From Macrostomum lignano (lineage: Eukaryota): a stretch of 64,000 bases of DNA. Positions 43,747 to 54,432 of this stretch are shown here, piece by piece; within the stretch, counting starts at the first letter, position 1; each line of letters starts with the position of its first letter. The notes beneath the pieces are model-generated. The model made no database searches and was not told the origin of the DNA. It saw only the letters and a list, made by a program, of their open reading frames with translations. A program made the position numbers and the translations under genes. The stretch lies in assembly GCA_002269645.1 (NCBI GenBank), contig NIVC01000230.1, positions 434,001 through 498,000 on the forward strand, in the 5' to 3' direction.

Positions 43747-44262
43747 CCATAGTCCAGATCATGTCGTTTATGCCGGAGGCTGGCGTAAGTGGTTGGCGTA
43801 AGTATAGGCCAAAATGTGCCTTGGCGTAAGTGCTTGGCATAAGTACATGGCATAAATCAAGTGGCATAAATGTTGGCACAAATAAGATCATTCACAATCA
43901 AATGTATCACTATAGAACATTACACATTTGCGTTAAATATGATGTTAAAGAGCAGCATTAAAACAAAGTTCATTAAAATATTGCAGTTTATATAAATTAG
44001 ATAGCAGAATATCTATTGTAGGATAGCAAAAGTTTTTTTAGCTTCAAGATGCTTACTTTGATTCTTGATTCAGAATTCGCAACTTGTGAGATTTTTAAAC
44101 AGTTGCAACTTCTGAATTTAATTAATCACCGAATTGTGAGGGACCTTTTTTTGGGTGGCGTAAGTCAAAGGGACCTTTTTTTGGTTGGCATAAGTCTGGC
44201 GTAAGTGCCAAAAAATGTTGGATTTTTCCTCCGGCGTAAGTCCAGCATGATCCAGACTATGG
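43747..44262. mobile_element. Non-autonomous DNA transposon (MITE), 516 bp, ~35-bp TIRs, 8-bp TSD CTAAGATA, subterminal TGGCGTAAGT repeats
   Basis: Left TIR CCATAGTCCAGATCATG...TTATGCCGGAGG against right TIR (reverse complement) CCATAGTCTGGATCATG...TTACGCCGGAGG; identical TSD at 43739-43746 and 44263-44270. Confidence 0.88.
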
Positions 44263-45627
44263 CTAAGATACAAGTAGGCCTATAGGCTTGTTACTTGCCT
44301 AGGGCTAGGGAGGCCTATGCTCTATTATAGGCCTAGCCCTAGCCTCTTAGGCCTACCATTTGCTTTTTGATGAGTTTATAAAACAATTGCAATACAATAG
44401 ATATAACATTGTTTTATTTTAATTTAGTATGGATTGTTTCTAATCTGTGGAAGGAATGGTGTATAATAGAAATTTCCATTATAGGCCCTATATTCTATTG
44501 GCCCTACTTGTCTTCCCAAATCATGCAACAAATAGACATTACAATGGCTAGCTACGCCTACATGTGCTATAAAGTACAACACATAATACTTCCTATGGCC
44601 TAGGGACTACTATATGGCATGGGACTAGCCTACTAGGGTAGGGCCTAGGCCTAATCTAATAAACTAGCACTGTTGATCTGCTAGGTCAGCGCAGCCAGAG
44701 AAGCAAGGAATTTAGTGGTAGTCGTGCTAGACCAGCCTGTGTCTCTAGCTAGGCCTAATGCTAGCCCAGCTGGGCTGCATCCCTTTTAGCAACATATTTT
44801 TCGAGATGCCCGGGCTCGTGTGCATAAATCTATGATCATCTATGTAGGCCTACACGGACTGTTCGGGTGGTTTGTATAAGCACTTTTTAGTAATATTTTA
44901 ATACAGATGCTATATTATAAACTTACGTTAGCCCACCCACCTGTCCTGAGTCCTGAATGTTCTGTTTCAAACAAGTAGGCCCTATGTCTATGATTATGAT
45001 TACAGTTGCTGTGCTGTTTGTGTTTCGATTAGTTTCTTTACAATTTTTTCTACGTTGTAGAAGCTATTAGCTCTAGGCTCTATTTTGACTATGTATTCAA
45101 CAAAGGAATATGAACAACCATTCAACCAAGCATCCAAGAGCGCTAATGTCATGACGATGTTTGTTGTCTTGATGATGATCATTCATGAATCTTTATTATG
45201 AAGAGTAATTTAATTTCTTCTTTTTTAGTATTTTAAACTAGTAGTTATAACAAACAGTTTAACCCAAATAAACGTTTAGAGAATATGTTTTACATTTTTT
45301 AACGTTTTTACTTGCTTTAAATAAAAACAGCTAGCCGAAGAGTGATGATCTGGCAGTTTCCCAAAAAAAGTTACAACACGTTTACATCGAGGTCAATCAT
45401 ATGCCTAATGGCCAGCAATGTGCAAGGTGCAAATGAAAGGACTTTCATTAAAAATTGGACATGGATAATGTATGTGCGACGCAGGGCTGACTTCATGCAG
45501 TAGTTTTATAAAGCGGTCAAATGCTTTAAAGTGTTTCACTGGTTTCCTTGGGCTGACTGCAATTCTCGATCACGTCTATCAAAAGTCAGTTGTACAGGTA
45601 AAGATGTACGTGTGCAGGTAAAATATG

Positions 45628-45924
45628 CAGGCGCGTCGCCACCGGGGGGGGGGAGACATGTCCCCCCCAGTAAAAGCTATGGGGGGACATGCCAATGTTG
45701 TCCCCCCACCCCACCTTCTGACTCGTTGTGGTAAATCAATAAATTTTTTTAGGGGGCCAAAATGAGTGCCTGTGGCGCTAAAATGAGTACCTGCTGCGCC
45801 AAAATGAGGGCTCTGACAACACGATTCTCAAAATAATAGAAATTTAGAAATTTAGTAATGTACATATGTACAAGTTGAATTCTTGGCTTTGTCCCCCGCC
45901 ATAATATCCATGGCGACGCCCCTG
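45628..45924. mobile_element. hAT-like MITE, 297 bp, TIR CAGG(C/G)GCGTCGCCA, 8-bp TSD AAAATA(T/C)G
   Basis: Ends CAGGCGCGTCGCCA / TGGCGACGCCCCTG; flanks AAAATATG (45620-45627) and AAAATACG (45925-45932). Confidence 0.8.
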
Positions 45925-47112
45925 AAAATACGAGTACAATACTGTACGTAACATATGTAGCTTGTGCTTCTACGACTACCGTACACTTTACTGGTGATGT
46001 TTCAGTATGTTCGGATGCAAGATATACAGACCAAATTGAAACAAATCACGTGAAAATACATTATTATTAAAATACGATCGAAGTAATCGTACACATGTGT
46101 GACATGGCTCCTTGGAAAATCCGTAATAATGCAAAATTACTAATAATGAAATAAGTTTACTAATACATTCAAGTAATTCACTGGATTTCATGCACAAGCG
46201 CTAGGAATAATGTACAAGAACTGCGCGACAAGTATAACTTTATCTTTGTTAAAATGCACCAGACTAATTGGTATAAATATACCGCGCTCCAATTTGAAGG
46301 GCGCCCGCTCTGCCCTGGTTTGCCCTTGTTGCGACGGTCCGCCTAGTCTTTGTTGCGGAAGTTCCCGCCGGTAATTAATATTGGCTTGTGTGAAGCCCGG
46401 CCAATTGGTGCATAAATATAATCAGATGAGTGATAGATCTAGTTACGAATACTCGACATGAGTAAGAGGATCTCGAAATTCTTAACTATTGAGAAGAAGT
46501 TGTAGATCTTACTTATTAATTATTAATAGTAATTGTTATTAATTATTGATTATTAATAATAATTGTTAATTATTCAATGTTAAGTTTTTATTACTCTTTG
46601 TTCTGCTTGTGCTCTAGTTAATTAATCAGTTTTGATAATTATATTTGTTAATTACTAATCTGAAGCTACTTCCAATTTATTAAGTCCCAACTAATTAAAT
46701 TCTTAATTCAAGCGACTTGTCTCAGTCAATTTTAACTATAGCTTCGATTGGTGGCAGCGAACTACCTTCCGTGAAATATATAAAAGAATTGGGATTAATC
46801 ATATCGATTCGGGAGGGCACGCAAATTATCAAGAAATTTATTGGTCGCACGCTATCAGACCATCTCAGGGTACCGCTCTTCGGCTGGTGCAAGATAAAAA
46901 TTTTAGCCCTAATTAGACCCTGTCATCGCAGCTACCGTTATTCTAAGTTATTTGGGATATTTGTGGAATAGAGGAACCGCTCACTCAGCAAATTAAGAGT
47001 TCGCGGACAATTAGCCCAATTAATCCGAGCCAGTAGACGCTGAGTCATCACCGGTTAAGAGTCCAGGGTGACTTATTAGCCTGTTGTTGGACAAAAAACC
47101 CGTGGGACGAAT

Positions 47113-47441
47113 ATAGCCCAGAGGAAATCTAGACTCCTAGTGAGACAAATAGCCCAGAGGAAATCTAGACTCCTAGTGAGACAAATAGCCCAGAGGAAAT
47201 CTAGACTCCTAGTGAGACAAATAGCCCAGAGGAAATCTAGACTCCTAGTGAGACAAATAGCCCAGAGGAAATCTAGACTCCTAGTGAGACAAATAGCCCA
47301 GAGGAAATCTAGACTCCTAGTGAGACAAATAGCCCAGAGGAAATCTAGACTCCTAGTGAGACAAATAGCCCAGAGGAAATCTAGACTCCTAGTGAGACAA
47401 ATAGCCCAGCGGAAATCTAGACTCCTAGTGAGACAAATAGC
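47113..47441 (+). repeat. 36-bp tandem array GTGAGACAAATAGCCCAG[A/C]GGAAATCTAGACTCCTA, left part (about 9 copies)
   Basis: Near-perfect units with no spacers. Confidence 0.97.
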
Positions 47442-47917
47442 GCCGGGGCTGTTGCCCCCAGGACCCCGGGTCCTGCACGTAATGGCGTGGTGAACTATCT
47501 GTGCAGTATGAGACTGGTATGGCCTTTATCCCAGCCAGCGATGCTCACACCTGCCTCCCCTGGCGGGCTGATAGCTCAAGAGACTCTGTCTCCTGATTTT
47601 CACCTTGCAAGGCGCACTTCGAAGGGTACTCGTCCCGTGGGTGTTAAGGCAGGCCCCCTTGGGCCCTGCCGAGCTGATTCGTTGGCGCCGGGTCCTGGTG
47701 TGACCATAAACGCACCCTCTAATGTCCCAGTGTAACTCCGTGCTGATGGACGCTTGGCCAGGGAGTAGTCTGGTCGCTAACGGTTCCCCTTGCGCTTTTG
47801 GGTCCCCCCGCAGGGTGGTATTTTGCTTTTTGGGGGCCTGCCGCTTGGTTTGGGGTTGCGGCCTTGCGGCTCTTTGCCTGTGTTCTGCAGGAAGTCCCAC
47901 CTTTTTACTTCCAGCCA

Positions 47918-49438
47918 ATGGCTTCTAACCGAAGTAACAAACCGGCTGTGGATGACACAGTGCCTCCGGCCTCGGCTGGGGCCGTGGACTCCTCGGCCAT
48001 ACCACCTGCTACCATCGGGGACGCCTCGGCGAGACCCGTGGAGCCAACTCTGAGCGGTGCCTCCGAGAAGACACCTGCTACTCCAGCTGCTAAGAAACGC
48101 AGCACCACCTCTGGAGCTGCCCGCCGTCGACTTAACAAGGCGAGGCGGGCCAAGGAGGGCGGAAGCCAAACCGGTGCCAGGGGCCAACGGCCCGCGGCAG
48201 CGGAAGCTTCCCAGTCTGGGGCGGTGGCGGAAGAGGGCCTCGAGCCCACGGAAGCCCCTGCCCAGGATAGGGAGGCCGATGCAGCCGGGAGGGTGGACAG
48301 CCCACCTGAAGAAAGCTCCACTGACCCCCGGGCCTCCTACGCTGATGCGGCAAAGAGGCAACCGGCGGTTGTCATCCTGGGAAAGGACGCGCGCCTGTCT
48401 CCCGATCAGCTGAAGCAGGTGAGAAGTGCCGTTGATGGCCTCCTGTGGAAGCAAACTCTGAAGGGCACGCCTCTGAACATTCATTCGAATGCGACGAGGG
48501 ACTCGTGCCTTCTCATTTGGCCCAGTGATGCTGACTCGGGTCGGCGGCTCCTTGAGCTGCTGCCCGAGCAGAGCTGGGACCTCAACCTAGCCTTCTGCAG
48601 AGAGGACGAGCGCCCCCGGACCAAGAGGCATCGAATCTGGGTCCCGGCCAGGAGCGTTGTTACCTCTGCTGACGAGCTCCGGAAAGGACTGCTAGCAGTC
48701 AACCGGGAGCTTCCCGCCGCGGGCCTAGTGGTGCATGACACCCTTAAGCGCACCGACGGCACTGGCTTCACAGCCATCCTGGGGCTGTCGGACGCCTGGA
48801 TGAGGCGTTATCCACACGGCAGCTTCATCAACGTCGGCCTTTGGAAGCTGCGCATCCGCTCCTACGAGGCCGACCCTCCCCGTGGCAGTGAGCAGGGCGG
48901 GCGGGATGCGGAGGCGGCCGGGGCCGAGGCGCAAGCCTCTGCTCAGACTGCCAAAGCAAACCGCCCTGCCCGGCAGCACGGCCGCGCGGGCAAAGCTGAG
49001 CGCGCTGCTGAGGGCGGAGGCGACCGACGCCCGGCGCGTAGCACCAAGCGGCGCGGCCTGTACCAGCGTGCAGCTGAGGCAGTCCGTACCGCCAAAATCT
49101 CCCAGCTGAGGCGAGAGGTCGCCGGGACGCCTAGGCGCACCAGTTCGTCCAGGGAGGGTGGGGACGTCCCAGCTGGGCCCAACCCCTCGGGGCAGGGCCG
49201 ACTGGAGACGGACCCGCCTGCCCAGGCGGCTGGCTGCTCCAGGGCATTGGGCCAATCTGAGGCGGAGGACCCCATGGATGGTGGGCAAAGGGCGGCGAAC
49301 GCTGCCTACTGCCTTCCGGCCAATCGGGGGCCTTTTGCTGAAGAAGAGCCCATGGACACCGGCGACCCCGACCCGAAGCCGGTGAGCGCCGAGGAGGAGG
49401 AGGAACTCCTGGCGGCTGCAACATCCGATCTGCAATGA
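47918..49438 (+). CDS. LINE ORF1 (basic SGAARRRLNKARR segment, SYADAAK-led DUF4780-like domain, no zinc knuckle)
   Basis: First ATG after CCAG at 47918; open for about 506 codons; the stop overlaps the ORF2 start (ATGA). Confidence 0.8.
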   Translation: MASNRSNKPAVDDTVPPASAGAVDSSAIPPATIGDASARPVEPTLSGASEKTPATPAAKKRSTTSGAARRRLNKARRAKEGGSQTGARGQRPAAAEASQSGAVAEEGLEPTEAPAQDREADAAGRVDSPPEESSTDPRASYADAAKRQPAVVILGKDARLSPDQLKQVRSAVDGLLWKQTLKGTPLNIHSNATRDSCLLIWPSDADSGRRLLELLPEQSWDLNLAFCREDERPRTKRHRIWVPARSVVTSADELRKGLLAVNRELPAAGLVVHDTLKRTDGTGFTAILGLSDAWMRRYPHGSFINVGLWKLRIRSYEADPPRGSEQGGRDAEAAGAEAQASAQTAKANRPARQHGRAGKAERAAEGGGDRRPARSTKRRGLYQRAAEAVRTAKISQLRREVAGTPRRTSSSREGGDVPAGPNPSGQGRLETDPPAQAAGCSRALGQSEAEDPMDGGQRAANAAYCLPANRGPFAEEEPMDTGDPDPKPVSAEEEEELLAAATSDLQ

Positions 49439-52400
49439 TGCCAACGACTACCTGGTGTCTGCAGATCAACACCCAGCACTGCGTGGCGGCGTCGGTCAAC
49501 CTGATGCGCACGGCAGAGCAACAGCTTCCGGGCCTGGTCTTCGTACAGGAGCCCTGGATGACTAAAGGTAAGCCAAATAATGTGCCATCTGGCTACCACT
49601 GTTTTTGCATGGCGGGCTCTCAGCCTCGCCCAAGATCTCTGGTCTTTGCTGCAAAAGCTTTTGAGGCATGGATGAGACCTGATCTCTCGACTGGGGACAT
49701 CTGTGTTGTTCAAATCAATAACCTCATTCCCAATAAACCTGTGCTGGTAGCTTCTGCCTATTTCCCGGGCGATGCCCCAGTTGTCTGCGACGCGTTAGTC
49801 AACCTTACTGACTATGCTGCGTCCCATCGGTTCGAGCTGCTCATTGCAGGGGATGTGAACGCACACCACCTGCATTGGGGCAGCAAGAACATCAATAGCA
49901 GAGGCGAGGAGCTGCTGGCCTATGTCAGCAGCACTAACCTCAACTTCTGTAACGTGGGCAATGCACCAACGTTCAATAATGGGCGGTGGGCCGAAGTCAT
50001 CGACACCACCATCGCCTCACCCGGACTGCTTTCCGCAGTTACGGGCTGGCGAGTGTGGGACGAGGACTCGCTCTCGGACCACCGCTTTATCCGCTTTTGC
50101 ATTGGGCCGACCAAGCAAAAGCCTAAGGTCACTTGGAGTCGGAACGTCAGAAACACCGATTGGGCCGCCTTTGGCTCGAAGCTGAGCCGCGGCCTTCGGG
50201 ATCTTGACCCCCCCAGTGACCTCTCTGACTGCCAGGTGGTGGACGATCTCGCCTCCTCCCTGGGCGGGGCGATCACCACTGCCTTTGAAGCAGCCTGCCC
50301 CCTAAAGGCCTATAAAGGCAAGAAATCTGCTCCCTGGTGGAACCCAGAGCTCGGGGCCCTTCGGCGCCGAGCCAGGACCCTCCAAAGGCGAGCGCTCAAA
50401 ACCAAAGACCCATCTGACAGAGAGGCCTATACCCGTGCGATCCACGAGTTTAAGGGCCAAGTCAGAAGGGCCAAGACGGCCAAGTGGCGCCAATATTGCG
50501 AAGGGCTTGAGGGCTCTCGCCCCGTAGCCCGCGTGGTTAAGGCACTCACTAATGACCGTTTTTCTAAACTCTCTGTTGTGAAGAGACCTGACGGCTCGGT
50601 CACAGAGAGTTCGGAAGAGACTCTAGAGCTCATGCTCAACAGTTTTTTCCCTAAATCTCCGACTCAGCAGGGCCCGCCCGACCACACAGTGGGAGGGCAA
50701 GGCCTAGCAAAGTCTATGATCACCAAAGACCGCATTATTAGAGCGGCAAGGTCCTTTAACCCGTTCAAGGCGCCTGGGCCCGACGGCATCTACCCAGCGT
50801 TCTTGCACGAGGCGGTGAAAAACCACCGCTTCCTGGACCTGCTCTGTCGTCTCCTTCGAGCTTGTGTGGAGCTGGGCTATGTACCAGTTGCATGGAGAGA
50901 GGCCCGGGTGGTCTTTATCCCCAAGCCTGGAAAGAGCGACTACCAATCGGTGAAGGCCTTCAGGCCTATCAGCCTCACTTCTTTCTGCCTCAAGCTCCTC
51001 GAGAGACTGGTGCTTTGGCGCCTACTTTCGGTCGAGCTGAAGCGCTTCCCACTCTCGCAGAACCAGCACGCCTTCCGCGCGGGCAGGTCAACCGAGAGTG
51101 CTCTCCATGTCATTGTTGACTTCCTGGAGAGGGCCGTTCTTGGCAGCGGCTTTGCCCTCTCGCTTTTCCTGGACATTGAGGGGGCCTTCGACAACGTCAT
51201 CTTCGAGGCCTTTTGCAGAGCCCTGGAATCCAGGGCCACGCACCCTCACCTTGTCCGGTGGATCATGTTCATGATCCGAAACCGCACTGTTGTGGCCCAC
51301 CTGAGCGGCAGCTCTCTTTCGGTGCCTGTCCTGAAAGGGGGCCCCCAGGGCGGCGTTCTCACCCCCGTTCTCTGGAACATGGTCATGGATGAGTTGCTTT
51401 GCAGTGATCTCCACGACCCCATTCTCAAGGTGGGCTATGCCGATGATGTGACCGCGATATGCGCGGGCCCCTCGGTTGATACCATCAGAGACCTTCTGCA
51501 GGGCTTTCTGGGACGAGCGGAGCGTTGGGCAGACCAATGTGGCCTTAGACTCTCAGAGTCGAAAACCACAGCAGTCATGTTTACCAACAAACTGCTCTGG
51601 ACCATTAAGCCCCTCACCCTTATGGAAAGAATATTTCCATGGAGAAGCAGGTCCGCTGCCTGGGCCTCACTCTGGACCACAGGCTTAACTGGACTCCGCA
51701 CATTCAAACTAAAGCCAAAAAAGCCCTGGCTGTACTGGCTCAGATCAGGCGCGCCGTGGGCACCACCTGGGGGCTCACCCCCAGGAAGCTGTGGTGGATT
51801 TACACTGCCATCATCCGCCCCTCGATCAGTTACGCCAGCCTCGTGTGGGCTAGCGGCCTGAGCGTCAAGAGCAACCTCGACGCTCTCTACAAAATCCAGG
51901 GCAGAGCCTGCCGCATGACTATGGGCGCTCCACCCTCTACTCCTTTTGAAGGCATGAATGCCTTCCTCTGTGCCCCTCCTCTGGATATTTATATCAAAGG
52001 AGAGGCGGCGAAGAGCACCCGGCGTCTTCTGGATGCTGGGGTGGCCTTCAAGAAAGTGCGGGCCTTTAAGAAGCGGTCGCTTATCCCGCACTCTGACCTC
52101 TGCCTCAAGGCTCTCGAGGAGTGTGGCGGGCTCAACATCCTCACGGACTCGATCCCAGCCACCCTTCTCCTGAGCCAAAGGTATAAGGTCACCATTCAGC
52201 CTCGACACGAGGCGAGTGACAGCTGGAGCGACTCTGAAGTCCACTGTTACACTGACGGCTCTATGAGGCATGGTCTTTCAGGCTTCGGAGCTTGCGTCTT
52301 CTTCAAGGGAGAAGTGGTGTGGAGCTACTCCCAGCACACTGGGCTCAACTCCAGTGTTTTTCAGAGCGAGGTGCTTGCCATCAGCTCCTGCGCGGCAGAG

Positions 52401-53138
52401 CTGCGCCGAAGGCAGCTTAGCGGCCGGAAATTTATTTTTCACTCTGACAGCCAAGCAGCCCTTCGGGCCCTCTGCCGCAGCACCGCCAGCTCCAGGTCCG
52501 TCCTGGACTGCAACACCCAGCTCAACGGGCTTGCGCTAGGCAACCAGGTGGAGCTCAGATGGATCCCGGGCCACGCCGGCTTCCTCGGCAACGAGCGCGC
52601 TGACCTGCTGGCCAAGGCTGGCTCCGCCGGCGCGCTATTGGGGCCGGGCCCGGGTGCCCCCATCCCCGCCTCGGTGATCAATTCCCGCGTTAAGCGCTGG
52701 GCTGACTCCGAGCATCGCCGCAGGTGGCACGACACCCGGAATTGCAGGCAATCCCGTGCTGCCGTCCCCTGTCCCTCTCCTCTCCTGCGTAGAGCCCTCC
52801 TCAGGCTCAACCGCAGAGACCTCAGAGCAGTTAGCATGGCCCTCTCCGGGCATGGCTGCTTCTCTCGCCACCGCTTCCTTCAGGGCCAAGTACCCGAGGA
52901 GCGGTGCCCCTTCTGCCGCTCAGGCAGTGAAAACGCCGAGCATTTTATCTGCCACTGCCCGGTTTTCACCAGGGCCAGGCTTACTCACCTCGGGCCAAAC
53001 CCGGTTCTCTCCGACGTTTGCAGGCCCGAGAGCATCCCACTGCTCGCCCGGTACCTCAGGGACACCGGACGAGCTGATTTCTTCCCCACCGTCGGTGAGG
53101 AGGACCGCGCTGCAGGCGAGACCGACGGGTCCCCCTGA
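49435..53138 (+). CDS. LINE ORF2: apurinic endonuclease, reverse transcriptase, RNase H, C-terminal CCHC finger; one 1-nt frameshift at ~51620
   Basis: VQEPW, GDVNAHH, SDHRFI; KAPGPDGI, FRPISLTS, QHAFRAGRSTESAL, FLDIEGAFD, PQGGVL, YADD; YTDGS, QSEVLAI, SDSQAAL, WIPGH, GNERADLLAK; CPFC...HFICHC. Confidence 0.93.
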
Positions 53139-53253
53139 GCGACACCACTTCAACGGAAGTCGTTGGTCGCCAGGGGCTAGCGGAATGGGCGGTCTCCTCC
53201 GCCTCCTCGCTGCATCCGCCGGACGCCCCCTGCAGCTAAGTCAAGTAAGTCAA

Positions 53254-54432
53254 GAGACAAATAGCCCAGAGGAAATCTAGACTCCTAGTGAGACAAATAG
53301 CCCAGAGGAAATCTAGACTCCTAGTGAGACAAATAGCCCAGAGGAAATCTAGACTCCTAGTGAGACAAATAGCCCAGAGGAAATCTAGACTCCTAGTGAG
53401 ACAAATAGCCCAGCGGAAATCTAGACTCCTAGTGAGACAAATAGCCCAGAGGAAATCTAGACTCCTAGTGAGACAAATAGCCCAGAGGAAATCTAGACTC
53501 CTAGTGAGACAAATAGCCCAGAGGAAATCTAGACTCCTAGTGAGACAAATAGCCCAGAGGAAATCTAGACTCCTAGTGAGACAAATAGCCCAGCGGAAAT
53601 CTAGACTCCTAGTGAGACAAATAGCCCAGCGGAAATCTAGCCTCCTAGTGAGACAAATAGCCCAGCGGAAATCTAGACTCCTAGTGAGACAAATAGCCCA
53701 GCGGAAATCTAGACTCCTAGTGAGACAAATAGCCCAGAGGAAATCTAGACTCCTAGTGAGACAAATAGCCCAGAGGAAATCTAGACTCCTAGTGAGACAA
53801 ATAGCCCAGAGGAAATCTAGACTCCTAGTGAGACAAATAGCCAGAGGAAATCTAGACTCCTAGTGAGACAAATAGCCCAGCGGAAATCTAGACTCCTAGT
53901 GAGACAAATAGCCCAGAGGAAATCTAGACTCCTAGTGAGACAAATAGCCCAGAGGAAATCTAGACTCCTAGTGAGACAAATAGCCCAGAGGAAATCTAGA
54001 CTCCTAGTGAGACAAATAGCCCAGAGGAAATCTAGACTCCTAGTGAGACAAATAGCCCAGAGGAAATCTAGACTCCTAGTGAGACAAATAGCCCAGAGGA
54101 AATCTAGACTCCTAGTGAGACAAATAGCCCAGAGGAAATCTAGACTCCTAGTGAGACAAATAGCCCAGCGGAAATCTAGACTCCTAGTGAGACAAATAGC
54201 CCAGAGGAAATCTAGACTCCTAGTGAGACAAATAGCCCAGAGGAAATCTAGACTCCTAGTGAGACAAATAGCCCAGCGGAAATCTAGACTCCTAGTGAGA
54301 CAAATAGCCCAGCGGAAATCTAGACTCCTAGTGAGACAAATAGCCCAGCGGAAATCTAGACTCCTAGTGAGACAAATAGCCCAGCGGAAATCTAGACTCC
54401 TAGTGAGACAAATACCCCAGCGGAAATCTAGA
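53254..54432 (+). repeat. 36-bp tandem array, right part (about 32 copies)
   Basis: Same unit as the left part; one 35-bp unit near 53840; decays at the right end. Confidence 0.97.

Larger units (their letters stand above)
47442..53253 (+). mobile_element. Full-length non-LTR retrotransposon (LOA clade / R1 group-like), ~5.8 kb
   Basis: 5' UTR, ORF1, ORF2 (APE-RT-RNase H-CCHC), 3' tail (TAAGTCAAG)x2, and TSD GAGACAAATAGC (47430-47441 / 53254-53265). Clade assignment rests on the QIN.QH APE start and the RNase H domain, and is inferred. Confidence 0.93.

Noticed and set aside
47442-47917. HDV-like ribozyme at the LINE 5' end
   Set aside because: Hairpins are present, but I could not assemble P1, P2, P3 and J4/2 consistently by eye.
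47526-53280. Antisense and alternative-frame ORFs within the LINE
   Set aside because: Expected by-products of GC-rich coding sequence; no recognisable motifs.
47113-54432. CRISPR array or RT-CRISPR system (36-bp repeats flanking a reverse transcriptase)
   Set aside because: Units are directly adjacent with no spacers, no cas motifs are present, and the RT is a eukaryotic non-LTR type with APE and RNase H.
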